A DNA stretch of 63,865 bases, the filler included, from Limisphaerales bacterium (GTDB lineage: Bacteria; Verrucomicrobiota; Verrucomicrobiia; Limisphaerales; SIBE01), in assembly GCA_044225505.1 (NCBI GenBank). It is 3 parts of 3 records of this genome, joined end to end, with 100 filler letters (N's around TTAATTAATTAA, not from the genome) between each part and the next. Parts side by side here need not be neighbours in the genome. Positions count along the whole stretch, not along the records: positions 1 to 26,581 come from JBGAIN010000120.1; 2 more parts are not named here. One strand, 5' to 3'. The position numbers and the translations under genes were made by a program. A model generated the notes under the pieces. It made no database searches and was not told where the DNA came from. It was given only the letters and a program-made list of their open reading frames with translations. Of this stretch, positions 9,320-19,811 are shown one piece after another (position 1 is the first letter of the stretch; each line of letters begins with the position of its first letter).

Positions 9320-12304
9320 ATGCCGCGCTTATTAATGGATACGTCCGGATGTGTGCTGAGCACCTTAGCTCTGGTGCTAACCTTATCGGCCCACGGAGCC
9401 GAGTCCGTTCCACCTGCGGGCGAAGGGGAGTTTCTCTCCGAGATTCGCCAACTGACGTTGGAGGGAAAAAGGAGTGGCGAAGGTTACTTCTCGCCCGATG
9501 GGAAGTCTCTCGTTTTTCAAAGCGAACGGGACGATGCGAACCCTTTTTACCAAATTTACCTTCTCAGTTTTGAATCGGGTGACATTACCCGCGTGTCCCC
9601 AGGACTGGGCAAGACTACTTGCGCTTATTTCCGCCCGGGCGCCCAGGAAATACTGTTTGCGTCGACGCACCTCGATCCACAGGCTTCGGTGAAGCAGACG
9701 GCCGAAGCGGATTTTCGCGCGTCGGGCAAGCAGCGGCGCTACGCTTGGGATTACGACGAACAAATGGACTTGTTCAGTGCGGCTCCGGACGGGAGTGCCG
9801 TCAAGCGCCTCACAGACGCGCCAGGCTACGATGCCGAAGGGTCCTATTCACCGGATGGACAGAAGATCGTCTTTACGTCACTGCGACATGCGTACCCGTC
9901 GGAGAAACTTTCGCCGGAGGATCAGAAGAGGCTGCAGCTAGATCCAGCCCATTTTGCCGAGATCTATCTCATGAACGCGGATGGCACCGGACAGAAACGT
10001 TTGACCTGGACGCCCGGCTACGATGGGGGGCCGTTCTTCTCCCCGGATGGACAGCGCATCGTCTGGCGGCGGTTCGAAACCAATGGCGTCGTAGCAGACA
10101 TCTTTACCATGAAGCGGGATGGCACAGACGTGCAGCAGGTGACCCATTTTAAGTGTATGTCTTGGGCGCCGTTCTATCATCCGTCCGGGGACTACATCCT
10201 ATTTACAGCTAACAAACTGGGATTCAGCAATTTCGAGCTCTTCGTGGTCGATCCGGCAGGTCGGCATGAACCCGTCCAAATTACTTATCGCGATGGTTTT
10301 GATGGTTTGCCGACCTTTTCGCCGGACGGGGAACAGATTTGTTGGACGGCTAGTCGTTCTCCGGACGGGCGCTCCCAACTTTTCTTGGCCGATTGGAACC
10401 ATCGCGCCGTCCTGGCCAGACTTCGATCGGCTCCGACGCGGACGCCGACCACTTCGGAAGGCTCAGCATTGGACGCTACCGCCGCCTCGCGCGCCAAGAC
10501 CGTAAGCCCAGGCTTGGTCCTTTCTCCGGAGATCAACGCCCAGGAAGTTCGAGCGGAAGTGGAATTCCTGGCGTCCGAAGCCACGGAAGGCCGCATGACC
10601 GGGAGCAAAGGGGCGCGTTTGGCAGCGACCTTCGTTGCTGAACAACTTGAGAAAGCGGGCGTGGAACCGTTTCCCGATTGGGGGGGCTACTTCCAGGAGT
10701 TCGAGTTCAATGCGGGTGTGAAGGTGTTGACGAATGAGAATCGATTGACCGTCATCGCAAATGCAGGCGCAGCGCCGGTCTCCTTCGAACCCGAAAAAGA
10801 CTTTCGCCCACTCTCATTTACCGCGAACGGCGAAGTTGAAGGTCCTCTGGTGTTTGCGGGTTACGGACTCTCGATTCCGGGCGCAGGCGCCGACGGTTAT
10901 GATTCCTACGCTGGGTTGGATGCGACCAATAAGGTGGTCATGGTCCTCCGGTACGTGCCCGAGAAAGTCAGTCCGCAACGCCGCCAGGAACTCAATCGTT
11001 ACGCAGGGCTGCGTTACAAAGCGATGTTAGCTCGAGAACATGGTGCCAAAGCCATCCTCATCGTCACAGGTCCGAATTCCCCGGGTGCTGGCGAACTCGC
11101 GACGTTGTCGTCGGACAGTAGTTTGGCTGCCTCTGGAATTGTGGCGGTTTCGATTACGGGGCAGGTAGCGGACAAGTTGCTGCAAAGTTCAGGCAAGTCA
11201 CTGGCGGCACGGCAAACCGCGCTGGATGACGAGAATCCGCACGCCGAAAAGCTAACGGCGGTGGAAGGCGTGCGTCTCCAGATTGCTTCAGCAGTAGAGC
11301 ATCTGCGGCATGCAGACCGCAATGTGAGCGGTCTGATTCGTCCGCACAACGCGGACGGCGTTCAGGAATTCATTTTGGTTGGAGCCCATTATGACCATCT
11401 CGGACTGGGCGAAGCGGGCGCAATGTTGAGAGCGGGAGAAGCAGGTCAAATCCATGCGGGCGCTGACGATAATGCGTCGGGAGTTAGCGCGGCGCTTGAG
11501 CTGGCTGGGGCATTGGCCGAGGAGCGACGTAAGAATCCAAGAGCGTTCCAACATGGCGTTATCTTTGGGCTCTGGTCCGGGGAGGAACTTGGAATCATTG
11601 GCTCGTCCTATTTTGCCGATCATCCGCCCGTGCCGTTGTCGAACATCGTAGCCTACGTGAATTTTGACATGATTGGACGCCTGCGCACGAATCGCTTGAC
11701 GCTTCAAGGCGTCGGGTCGTCCGCTCAGTGGAAGCGGTTGATTGAGAAACGAAACATTGTCGCTGGCTTTGATCTAAGCTTGCAGGAGGACCCGTATCTT
11801 CCCACCGACGTAACAGCGTTCTACCCAAAACAGGTCCCTGTCCTGAATTTTTTTACGGGAAGTCACGAAGACTACCATCGCCCGTCCGATCGACCTGACA
11901 AAATCAACTACGAGGGCATGGCTCGAATTATCAAGTTCGCTCATTCGTTGGTGCGCGACTTGGTGTCCACCACCAATCGCTTGGACTACGCGAAAGTTCA
12001 GAGCAGTGGAGGAGCAACCGCTGGCCAGCGCGAAATGCTTCGGGTGTATTTGGGCACCATTCCAGACTACACCACAGAAACAATCGGCGTGAAACTTACC
12101 GGGGTGCGCGCGGGTAGCCCCGCGGAACGCGCCGGTCTGCAAGCGGGAGACACCATTGTGGAATTCGCTGGCCAGCAAATCAAGAATGTCTACGACTACA
12201 CCTATGCTCTGGATGCTGTTCGAATCGGGCAGGTGACCGACGTGATCATCCTCCGCGCTGGAGAGCGCAAAGCCCTTCAGGTCACGCCCGAAGCTCGCAA
12301 ATAG
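9320..12304 (+). CDS. Secreted M28-family aminopeptidase with TolB-like (PD40) propeller, PA and PDZ domains
   Basis: Signal peptide; repeated FSPDG/YSPDG; PA domain (GPLVFAGYG); M28 motifs GAHYDHLG, GADDNASG, SGEELG, NFDMIG, DYHRPSD; C-terminal PDZ (YLGTIPD...GSPAERAGLQAGD). Start codon uncertain (9299/9320/9335). Confidence 0.92.
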   Translation: MPRLLMDTSGCVLSTLALVLTLSAHGAESVPPAGEGEFLSEIRQLTLEGKRSGEGYFSPDGKSLVFQSERDDANPFYQIYLLSFESGDITRVSPGLGKTTCAYFRPGAQEILFASTHLDPQASVKQTAEADFRASGKQRRYAWDYDEQMDLFSAAPDGSAVKRLTDAPGYDAEGSYSPDGQKIVFTSLRHAYPSEKLSPEDQKRLQLDPAHFAEIYLMNADGTGQKRLTWTPGYDGGPFFSPDGQRIVWRRFETNGVVADIFTMKRDGTDVQQVTHFKCMSWAPFYHPSGDYILFTANKLGFSNFELFVVDPAGRHEPVQITYRDGFDGLPTFSPDGEQICWTASRSPDGRSQLFLADWNHRAVLARLRSAPTRTPTTSEGSALDATAASRAKTVSPGLVLSPEINAQEVRAEVEFLASEATEGRMTGSKGARLAATFVAEQLEKAGVEPFPDWGGYFQEFEFNAGVKVLTNENRLTVIANAGAAPVSFEPEKDFRPLSFTANGEVEGPLVFAGYGLSIPGAGADGYDSYAGLDATNKVVMVLRYVPEKVSPQRRQELNRYAGLRYKAMLAREHGAKAILIVTGPNSPGAGELATLSSDSSLAASGIVAVSITGQVADKLLQSSGKSLAARQTALDDENPHAEKLTAVEGVRLQIASAVEHLRHADRNVSGLIRPHNADGVQEFILVGAHYDHLGLGEAGAMLRAGEAGQIHAGADDNASGVSAALELAGALAEERRKNPRAFQHGVIFGLWSGEELGIIGSSYFADHPPVPLSNIVAYVNFDMIGRLRTNRLTLQGVGSSAQWKRLIEKRNIVAGFDLSLQEDPYLPTDVTAFYPKQVPVLNFFTGSHEDYHRPSDRPDKINYEGMARIIKFAHSLVRDLVSTTNRLDYAKVQSSGGATAGQREMLRVYLGTIPDYTTETIGVKLTGVRAGSPAERAGLQAGDTIVEFAGQQIKNVYDYTYALDAVRIGQVTDVIILRAGERKALQVTPEARK

Positions 12305-12338
12305 CCTGCCGGAACTTCGTTGCGCCTGGGCGCGTCCA

Positions 12339-13427
12339 CTATCGCGCCTGCTGCGCGCGATAGAATCTTCGAGAGGTGTGACCGGCAGGGTCGTTGAATT
12401 CAATTAGGCCATCGGCACTGACGAGCGTTTGGACAGGTTCCCAGCGGACCAGATCGGATGTCGCCTCGAGCGTGAACGGCTTACCCACCGGAGCCATCAG
12501 GGTGATCGTGAATCCTCCGGTGCCTGACGGCTTCGGTGGGCTCAACCAAACCACGTCGCCCATGCTGATCTGCAAGACGATCATGCCCAAATCGCCGTTG
12601 AAGCCGTCGACGGCGATTTGATAGCTCGTTCGGGCGCTGGCCCGGAAGCTAACCCGGCTGGTCGGCTGGTTGGTGCTGATGTCGTCGTTCTGGGCGACGA
12701 GGACCAAGTTAGTAAGGACGGCTCCTGTATATACACCCAGCAATGTATCGAAGCTGCTTCCTTCGGTCTCGATTACCGTCAGGCCGTCTGTCGGTGCGGT
12801 CCAGGTCCACCAGACGGAAGCGCCTCCGAGTTCGTTACCGTGGTTCGGTTCCCCAGATTCTTTGGTGGCGAAGCAATTTGCGCTGCCCGTCTGGACTGTT
12901 GCGCCAGCAAGGCTTAGTCGATTGGTGAACCCGTCATTGATCGCTCGAGTCAGAGTTTGGGGGAGGAACATCACGGCAAGCTGAACCTGGCCTGTGGCCC
13001 CGTTGTACCCGTCCACCGCGATCTTATAGACGGTGTCGCGAATGACATTAAAACTAACGGCGCTGGTCCCTTTGCTTCCATTATCGTCATTGGCTACAAC
13101 CGAGTTGAGTGTGGAGAACGACGAGCCTGTATAGACGGCGAGTAACGTGTCGAAAGAGCTGCCGCCTGTGGACAGGGTGGCACTTCCCGTATCGGGCGCG
13201 GACCAGGTCCACCAGATCGACCGCCCGCCCAGGTTGGCGGCGTGGTTGGGCTCTCCGATCTCCTTGGTTGATTCCAGATTACTTCCCGTGACAGTTAAAT
13301 TCGTGCCCACCAAGAGGGTGGCATTGTTGAGATTATCGTTGATCGGAGCGGCGGCGGCCATTCTGCCGAGCAGGCTCGCGAGGAGACACATCCATGCGAG
13401 GGAGGTGCGTGAGTTCAAGAAAGGCAT
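12339..13427 (-). CDS. Secreted protein with two PPC-like beta-sandwich repeats and C-terminal RFYR domain
   Basis: Signal peptide from ATG 13427; two copies of ND.F.N...TKE.GEPNH...GG.S[IV]WWTW.AP..G...T.GSSFDTLL.VYTG...Y.IAVDG[YF]NG; ends FTLEATSDLVRW...RRFYRAQQAR. The ORF extension to 13709 overlaps the next gene and is probably not translated. Confidence 0.85.
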   Translation of the reverse strand: MPFLNSRTSLAWMCLLASLLGRMAAAAPINDNLNNATLLVGTNLTVTGSNLESTKEIGEPNHAANLGGRSIWWTWSAPDTGSATLSTGGSSFDTLLAVYTGSSFSTLNSVVANDDNGSKGTSAVSFNVIRDTVYKIAVDGYNGATGQVQLAVMFLPQTLTRAINDGFTNRLSLAGATVQTGSANCFATKESGEPNHGNELGGASVWWTWTAPTDGLTVIETEGSSFDTLLGVYTGAVLTNLVLVAQNDDISTNQPTSRVSFRASARTSYQIAVDGFNGDLGMIVLQISMGDVVWLSPPKPSGTGGFTITLMAPVGKPFTLEATSDLVRWEPVQTLVSADGLIEFNDPAGHTSRRFYRAQQAR

Positions 13428-13521
13428 GGAACTCCAGTAGGCATTCGCCACACCCGGCTTAGCCGAAAGCTCACTACTGACGGACGACGGAGCATTCGGG
13501 CGCGTTGAGCTCCACGAAATG

Positions 13522-14148
13522 TCACAACCTCGGCGTTTTGTGAAAATGACGAAGAAGGTACCAGGCGGCCATGGCCAGCAGGAAAACAGCTCCAACGGTG
13601 ACGACGGCCGCGAAGATTCGCAGGAACTGAGCTTGGCGCCGGACGCGCTCACTCTCGGCTTGCTGCGTCGTCTTGAAGACCGCGAGCTCTTGCTCCAAGG
13701 AAATTCCACCGGGGTTTTCCTCGCGGATTTGCAGGATCAACCAACGAGATCCGCAGCCTTCCGAAAGCATCGCAGGCAGCCGTTGCATTTCCTTGGCGGT
13801 TGCTGCTTGAAATCCAGTCTCCAACCAAAACATCGATGCGTCCGGCCCGATCCAGAGCCAGACCAACCCTTGGTTTCGTGCGACGGCTTGGATTCGATCC
13901 CAAAAGCGCGGTCGCAATTCCTCCGCCAGCTCCGAGGTCTGGTAGACCTCGCTGTGAATCCGGGCATGTTTCTCGTGAATCTGCAGCGCAATGGCTCCCA
14001 GGAGTTCTCCCGACGGAGTCTCGACCACTTGAAATTCCGTAAACTTCTTTTCGAGCTCCGCGACCGGTAGCTTAGCGTGCTGCCACAAGCGCCGCAGCAA
14101 AACGAGATCGTCGAGGGTAGCGCGACGAACTTGAGTGTTGGTAGTCAT
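13522..14148 (-). CDS. GNAT-fold-like protein with C-terminal transmembrane helix
   Basis: N-terminal VRRATLDDL..L..L, FQVVE...GELLGAIAL and ARNQGLVWLW...FWLETGF resemble GNAT strands; hydrophobic C-terminus IFAAVVTVGAVFLLAMAAWYLL. Confidence 0.55.
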   Translation of the reverse strand: MTTNTQVRRATLDDLVLLRRLWQHAKLPVAELEKKFTEFQVVETPSGELLGAIALQIHEKHARIHSEVYQTSELAEELRPRFWDRIQAVARNQGLVWLWIGPDASMFWLETGFQAATAKEMQRLPAMLSEGCGSRWLILQIREENPGGISLEQELAVFKTTQQAESERVRRQAQFLRIFAAVVTVGAVFLLAMAAWYLLRHFHKTPRL

Positions 14149-14190
14149 GCAATGGACCGCTGACCAGGTGGGGCCGAACCGACCCCAGCT

Positions 14191-15681
14191 TTAAACGAGC
14201 AACGATTTGACGACGTGACCGTGAACATCCGTCAGACGACGGTTAACTCCATTATGGTAAAACGTGAGGCGCTCGTGATCAATGCCCAACAAATGTAGAA
14301 TCGTTGCGTGAAAGTCATAAATGCTCACCGGATTTTCACTGGCGAAATAACCGACCTCATCGGTCGTTCCGTAACTGATCCCTCGTTTCAGCCCGGCACC
14401 GGCCAGAAAACAAGTGAACGCGTCTGGGTGATGATCGCGACCTGGCGCCCCGATGCCTTGGGTCGCTGGACTCCGTCCAAACTCTGTGCTCCAGATGAAG
14501 AGCGTGTCCTCCAACATGCCGCGTTGTTTTAAGTCTTGAATCAATCCGGCCACTGGTTTGTCCATGCTAACTGCCTGGGTGTCATGGTTTTCTTTCAGGT
14601 TTTCGTGGCCGTCCCAGTTGATTCGCGGGCTCCCAAAGGCGCCCCCATGAAACACCTGCACAAATCGGACGCCCCGTTCGAGCAGGCGCCGAGCCAAGAG
14701 GCAGTTCTTGCCAAAGCTGCGAGTCCCCTCAGCGTCCAGTCCATAAAGGCGTTGTGTCGCTGGACTCTCGCCCTGGATCTCCACGGCCTCGGGCACGCTG
14801 AGTTGCATCTTAGCGGCCAATTCGTAGGAGCGTAGTCGTGCCGCAAAGGCGCTGTCTCCCGGGTATGCTTCCGCGTAATCCTGATTGATCTGGTGGAGTA
14901 GTTGCATCCCGGCCTCGCGGCTACGCGTGCGCACGTGCGCTGGCGTTGCCAGATCCGCAATCGCTTGATCGCCTTTGGTGCGAAACGTGACGCCTTGATG
15001 GCTGGCCGGGAGGAAGCCCGCGGTCCAGTTGATCGAACCTCCTGCAGGCAAACCTCGCGGATCGGGTAGCACCACGAACGCGGGCAGATTCTCGTTCTCG
15101 GTTCCCAAGCCGTAGCTAAGCCAAGCGCCCATGCAGGGAAACCCGTTCATCGTGAAACCGGTATTCATCTGAAAGGTGGCCGGCGTATGATTATTACTCT
15201 TGGCAACCATCGAATGGATAAAGGCCAGGTCATCGACGCAACCGGCCAAGTGAGGCAGCAAACTGCTGACCCAATGCCCGCTTTGACCTTGCTGCTTGAA
15301 CTCGTAAGGGCTTTGCATGACCAGCCCTGGCTGCCCAAAAAACCCCTTATTCTCACCCTTTCCTTCCAACGCCTTCCCATGGAAGCGCTTTAGCTCCGGT
15401 TTGTAGTCGAACGTGTCCAGGTGACTGACTCCTCCCGCGCAAAAGACTTGCACCACCCGCTTCGCCTTGGCCGGGAAATGAGGAGGTCGCACCAATCCGG
15501 TTTCCGAGCGATTGGCCTGCGACTCGCGCTGCATTAGCCAACTCAACGCCAACGCGCCTATCCCCCCGGCCGATGCGGACAGGAAATGGCGACGGTCCAG
15601 CAAGGGTGGTCCTGAGATGGCCTTGGGGTTCGGAACTGAGGGGATGGATCCCTGCATTCGAGAGTGCGGTTTATCGGACAT
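14191..15681 (-). CDS. DUF1501 family protein (Tat-exported)
   Basis: Twin-arginine RRHFL; HFPAKAKRV, GGVSHLDTFDYKP, LARRLLERGVRFVQ, WDGH, EFGRSP, GRDHHP, RRLTDVHG typical of PVC DUF1501 proteins. Confidence 0.93.
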   Translation of the reverse strand: MSDKPHSRMQGSIPSVPNPKAISGPPLLDRRHFLSASAGGIGALALSWLMQRESQANRSETGLVRPPHFPAKAKRVVQVFCAGGVSHLDTFDYKPELKRFHGKALEGKGENKGFFGQPGLVMQSPYEFKQQGQSGHWVSSLLPHLAGCVDDLAFIHSMVAKSNNHTPATFQMNTGFTMNGFPCMGAWLSYGLGTENENLPAFVVLPDPRGLPAGGSINWTAGFLPASHQGVTFRTKGDQAIADLATPAHVRTRSREAGMQLLHQINQDYAEAYPGDSAFAARLRSYELAAKMQLSVPEAVEIQGESPATQRLYGLDAEGTRSFGKNCLLARRLLERGVRFVQVFHGGAFGSPRINWDGHENLKENHDTQAVSMDKPVAGLIQDLKQRGMLEDTLFIWSTEFGRSPATQGIGAPGRDHHPDAFTCFLAGAGLKRGISYGTTDEVGYFASENPVSIYDFHATILHLLGIDHERLTFYHNGVNRRLTDVHGHVVKSLLV

Positions 15682-18067
15682 AGAGGAATTCCGTGGCGTT
15701 TAGCAGAGCCCAACAAACGTTGCGGAGCCCCGTTTCCTCAGCGACTGGGAGCGCGCGGCTCAATTCTCGTGCGCTCGGTTCTCTTCCAAAAGAACGGAGA
15801 TACGCTTGCACGATCGCCCCTCTCAGGTCGCCCTCTGTTTCCCTGGAAACCCGATCCGCCAGTGCATCGGCCTGGCGTTGCACGAAGCTATTGTTCATCA
15901 AGCTCAAAGCTTGCAGGGGCGTGGTAGTGACTCCGCGCCTCGGGGCTTTCACCGACGGGTCCGGGCAATCCAACGCGTCGAGCATGGGATCTTTGCCGGA
16001 GTTGACGTTCATTCGATAGACCGTCCGTCGATTAAACTCCGGGCCCAACTTGTCTTTTGGCAGGTAAAATGTGGCGTTAAAGGTTTCTGTGTCGAATGGG
16101 CGAAAGCTCGGCCCATGCTGCGTGAGATTGATCTGGCCACTCACGTAGAGCATGGCGTCTCGCACCGATTCCGCTTCCAGGCGCCGCGGCGTGAACCGCC
16201 AGAGCAAGCGGTTCTCCGCATCCTGACGGGCGGCCTGTTCGTCAAACGTGGCTGCTTGACGGTAGGCTGCCGAACAGACCACCAGCCGGTGGAGCGCCTT
16301 TAAGCTCCATTGTTCCGTCATCAATCGGTCCGCCAGCCAATCCAGCAATTCCGGGTGGCTTACGCCCGAGCCACTCGCACCGAAGTCGTTCGGCGTGGCG
16401 ACCAGACCCTGGCCAAAGTGATACTGCCAAACCCGGTTCGCGATCACCCGGCCAGTCAACGGATTTCGCTCGTCGGTCAGCCATTGCGCAAAGCGGCGGC
16501 GACGCTCAGCCTCGGGCGCGTCGGGGGCCAAGCGGAAATCGCTATCTAACTCGGTGATGGCGGAGAGCGCGCCCGGCCGAACTTCCTCTAATGGAGTTCG
16601 GACATTGCCGCGTTTCAGCCGGCGGGTGGGTTCGGGCTGCTGCCGCACTCCGGTGTAGGAAAGCGGGAAGCTCACGGTTTCTTTCAGCCGATGACGATCG
16701 CGTTCGATTTCCTCCTGACATTGTGCCCATTCGTCCTTCGCCTCGCCTGAGAGCCCGCCTAGGGATTCCTGCCACGCTCGAGACTCCAGAAGTGCGGCCC
16801 GTTCCTCGGCCCCAGCGATCTCTGCCCGAAGGCGGCTTGCCTCGCGTTCCGCGCGCGCCTTCATCTCTGCCGTGGCGATCTCCCGTTCTCCGTGGCGCAC
16901 GCCTTCAAAGACCGACTTAACCCGGTAATAATCTTCTTGCGGGATTGGATCGAACTTGTGGGCGTGGCAACGCGCGCAGTTTACGGTCAGGCCCAGGAAG
17001 GTTTGACAGACAACGCTCACCAGGTCCTCGAGTTCCTCTTCGCGAGTCACCCGGCGCTCCGTCAGATTCGCTTGGCTGCTCCCAGCCTGATCCCACGGAC
17101 CGCAGACCAACAAGCTAGTCGCCACCATGCCCTCCGTGGTCAACGGCGTCAGGACATCACCGGCAATCTGCTCGCGGACAAACTGGTTGTAGGGGAGATC
17201 GCGGTTAAAGCTGGCAATGACGTAATCGCGATAGTGCCACGCGTTGGCTCGCATATGATCATACTCAAATCCTTGGCTTTCCGTGTAACGGGCGAGGTCT
17301 AACCAGTGCCGCCCCCAACGCTCTCCGTACTGCGGCGAAGCGAGCAATCGTTCCACGGCTCGCTCATAGGCCTCTGGATGGGTGTCCTCGAGAAACGCTG
17401 AGAGTTCGTCCGGGGTTGGCGGCAATCCGACCAGGTCAAACGTGACTCGTCGCAGGAGCGTGGGACGGTCCACCTCTAGCGCTGGATGTAACCCGCGCTG
17501 TTCAAGGGCGGCAAGGACGAAGCGATCGATCGCGTTTCGACCCCACGACCGATCTTGCACGACGGGCAGCGGGCCCTTCGTTAATGGTTGAAGACACCAC
17601 AGCCGGTTCTCGGGCAGTGTTGCCGGCGGCTTGGCTTGCGCCGTATCAGGCCACGCCCCGCCCTGGTCAATCCAGGCACGCAGCAGACCCACTTGGGCTG
17701 CTGTCAATCGTTCCCCGTTCGGCGGCATCACAGAATCCGCGTCCAGCCCTGCCACGCGTTGGATCAATCGGCTCGCGGCGCTCTTTCCGACTTCGAACAT
17801 GGGGCCTGATTCACCTCCCGCCAGAGCGGCTGCTTTCTCGTCCAGGCGCAGTCCGTTCTTCTGTTTTTCGGGGCCATGACAACTGGTGCAACGCGACGCG
17901 AAGATCGGTTGAATATCCCTCATGAAGTCGACGCGCTCGGTCGACGCAGGTGGCAAGTCCGTTACACTTGGCTCCGCTGCGTGGGGAGCTGACAGGACGA
18001 TCCCGGAAACCGCCAGCCAAAGTGCCACCGCGGCGCAGAACCCGGACATTTTTTCCAATGAGACCAT
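15671..18067 (-). CDS. Planctomycete-type cytochrome c / DUF1549 / DUF1553 (PSD1) protein
   Basis: CxxCH motifs CTSCH and CARCH; RRVTFDLVGLPPT, YGERWGRHWLD, NRVWQYHFGQGLV, HPELLDWLA, TTPLQAL; overlaps the DUF1501 gene (canonical pair). Start uncertain (up to 18136). Confidence 0.93.
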   Translation of the reverse strand: MVSLEKMSGFCAAVALWLAVSGIVLSAPHAAEPSVTDLPPASTERVDFMRDIQPIFASRCTSCHGPEKQKNGLRLDEKAAALAGGESGPMFEVGKSAASRLIQRVAGLDADSVMPPNGERLTAAQVGLLRAWIDQGGAWPDTAQAKPPATLPENRLWCLQPLTKGPLPVVQDRSWGRNAIDRFVLAALEQRGLHPALEVDRPTLLRRVTFDLVGLPPTPDELSAFLEDTHPEAYERAVERLLASPQYGERWGRHWLDLARYTESQGFEYDHMRANAWHYRDYVIASFNRDLPYNQFVREQIAGDVLTPLTTEGMVATSLLVCGPWDQAGSSQANLTERRVTREEELEDLVSVVCQTFLGLTVNCARCHAHKFDPIPQEDYYRVKSVFEGVRHGEREIATAEMKARAEREASRLRAEIAGAEERAALLESRAWQESLGGLSGEAKDEWAQCQEEIERDRHRLKETVSFPLSYTGVRQQPEPTRRLKRGNVRTPLEEVRPGALSAITELDSDFRLAPDAPEAERRRRFAQWLTDERNPLTGRVIANRVWQYHFGQGLVATPNDFGASGSGVSHPELLDWLADRLMTEQWSLKALHRLVVCSAAYRQAATFDEQAARQDAENRLLWRFTPRRLEAESVRDAMLYVSGQINLTQHGPSFRPFDTETFNATFYLPKDKLGPEFNRRTVYRMNVNSGKDPMLDALDCPDPSVKAPRRGVTTTPLQALSLMNNSFVQRQADALADRVSRETEGDLRGAIVQAYLRSFGREPSARELSRALPVAEETGLRNVCWALLNATEFLYVR

Positions 18068-18284
18068 GAGCGATACCTCGGAACGGGCTTTCGCGAATCT
18101 AGCTTGAGAGCGAATGTGAAACAAGCTTCGGAACATCTCGCTTTGGGCAACCTGAAAGTCTGATCCAGGATTTGGGCTCAGCTACCGTCGCCAGGCTCAG
18201 CTGCGCGACGAAGGCGTGCGGGTCGGCCCGGAAAAGCTAACCCCCGCCGCGAATCAAGTTTGAGGAGTGTTCCTTGCGGGCCTG

Positions 18285-18299
18285 TGATATACTCCGGGC
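18285..18299 (+). promoter_or_regulatory. Extended -10 promoter, likely leaderless transcript
   Basis: TG-a-TATACT (18285-18293) followed by 6 nt and the ATG at 18300; no Shine-Dalgarno sequence. Confidence 0.55.
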
Positions 18300-18584
18300 A
18301 TGGACCGAGGTCCTGACCCTACAGTGCGCCGCGCGGGCTTGATTTTCCTGGCGTGCGCGATGGTGATGCTCCTTCTCGGACAAACGGTGCTGGAACCTTA
18401 CCTGGGACGCCGGCTCCTGTTCGTGATCTATTGGTTGGTCTGTTTTGGATTCACGGCCCTGGCCATGCTCACCGCGCTGGTGGACGTTTGGGTCGTCCGC
18501 AGTCGCGCGCGCGAACGACAGACCGATCTGATCAAAGGCGCCGTGCAGAGCGATCGGGCGCGCGTCTCAGACGAAGAAGGCTGA
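18300..18584 (+). CDS. Small two-helix membrane protein
   Basis: Two hydrophobic segments (LIFLACAMVMLLLG; LLFVIYWLVCFGFTALAMLTALV), charged tail, adjacent promoter. Confidence 0.75.
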   Translation: MDRGPDPTVRRAGLIFLACAMVMLLLGQTVLEPYLGRRLLFVIYWLVCFGFTALAMLTALVDVWVVRSRARERQTDLIKGAVQSDRARVSDEEG

Positions 18585-18630
18585 CGCGGGCGGCAGGCTT
18601 CCAGCGTGCCATGACGTCGTTCAAACCGAG

Positions 18631-19653
18631 TCAGTCGTTATTCAAAACGTCGATCATCTGACGCAAGCGACCGTAGCTTTTTCGGTCGAAGCCAAAAGCA
18701 ATTCGTGGAAGATCCACGAAGTCTTCGTGTTCTCGCTCCTCGGGCAGCGGTTCGATAATGCGGATCTTATCGCCAAGGATGATATCGGCAAACTCCCGGT
18801 TCAGGCTCTCAATCGCCGAACTGGACGGCGCATACTTCAACCGAATAACGAACTGGTCGCGCACGAACCGGGTGGAATGGAAATTCCGGTAAAAGCGCGT
18901 GATCCATCGCACCGCTTGATCCGTGTCATCGGTAATCTGATAGAGGTGCAGATCCTCCGGTGAAATCAGGTTGTTCTCGAGCAAATGCTCGCGGACATTT
19001 TGATCCCAAACCCTCCAGTAGCTCCCTCCGGGACGATCGATCAGCACCAGCGGCATCAGTTGGCTCTTCCCCGTTTGCATCAACGTAAGCGCTTCGTACC
19101 CCTCGTCCATTGTTCCGAAGCCGCCAGGAAAAAGCGCGATCGCGTCCGAGTGTCGGATGAAAATCAATTTCCGCGTAAAGAAATACTTGAAGGTAATCAG
19201 CTTTTTATCCTTCAACATGATGGCATTCGCGCTCTGCTCCCAAGGCAAGCGGATGTTGACGCCGAAACTCCTCTCGGCCCCGGCCCCTTCATGACCCGCG
19301 GACATAATTCCCGGACCCGCTCCCGTGATCACCATGAAATTCTCTGCAGCCATCTTCCGAGCGAAATCAATGGCTTGGCGATATTCAATCTTGTTGGGCG
19401 CGGTCCGCGCCGAGCCGAAGATCGTGACTTTGCGATACTGCGCGAAGGGGGCAAACAGCTTGAACGAGTAACGGAGCTCCCGGACCGCCGTCTGGATCAC
19501 TCGAACGTCGCCCCGATGCTCGACATCCTTGAGCAGTTTCAGCGCGTTTTCGACGATGTCCTCCACCAAATCTGCGTTATGCCCACCGCCCTTATAAGAG
19601 ATGAGCTCTTGAATCCGCCGCTTCAACTCTGGGTCCACCGGAGGTTTTTCCAT
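18631..19653 (-). CDS. LOG family (TIGR00730-like Rossmann fold) nucleotide phosphoribohydrolase
   Basis: VTIFGSAR, ITGAGPGIM, FKYFFTRK and the PGGFGTMDE signature; start set at ATG 19653 next to a promoter. Confidence 0.92.
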   Translation of the reverse strand: MEKPPVDPELKRRIQELISYKGGGHNADLVEDIVENALKLLKDVEHRGDVRVIQTAVRELRYSFKLFAPFAQYRKVTIFGSARTAPNKIEYRQAIDFARKMAAENFMVITGAGPGIMSAGHEGAGAERSFGVNIRLPWEQSANAIMLKDKKLITFKYFFTRKLIFIRHSDAIALFPGGFGTMDEGYEALTLMQTGKSQLMPLVLIDRPGGSYWRVWDQNVREHLLENNLISPEDLHLYQITDDTDQAVRWITRFYRNFHSTRFVRDQFVIRLKYAPSSSAIESLNREFADIILGDKIRIIEPLPEEREHEDFVDLPRIAFGFDRKSYGRLRQMIDVLNND

Positions 19654-19664
19654 GTCTGACGGGC

Positions 19665-19693
19665 AAACTACCGACCGAACGCGCCAAATGCAA
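19665..19693 (-). promoter_or_regulatory. Sigma70-type promoter of the LOG gene
   Basis: Minus strand TTGCAT-N17-TAGTTT ending 11 nt before ATG 19653. Confidence 0.5.
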
Positions 19694-19811
19694 TCGTCTG
19701 CGGCAGAGGCGCTGCCGCGGTCAACAATCGACCCTGCCCCAGTCCGCGGCGCCGTCTCTCGCACTAAACTGACGTCCAGCTCATCCCAAACACATACCCA
19801 ACGCACCCAAA

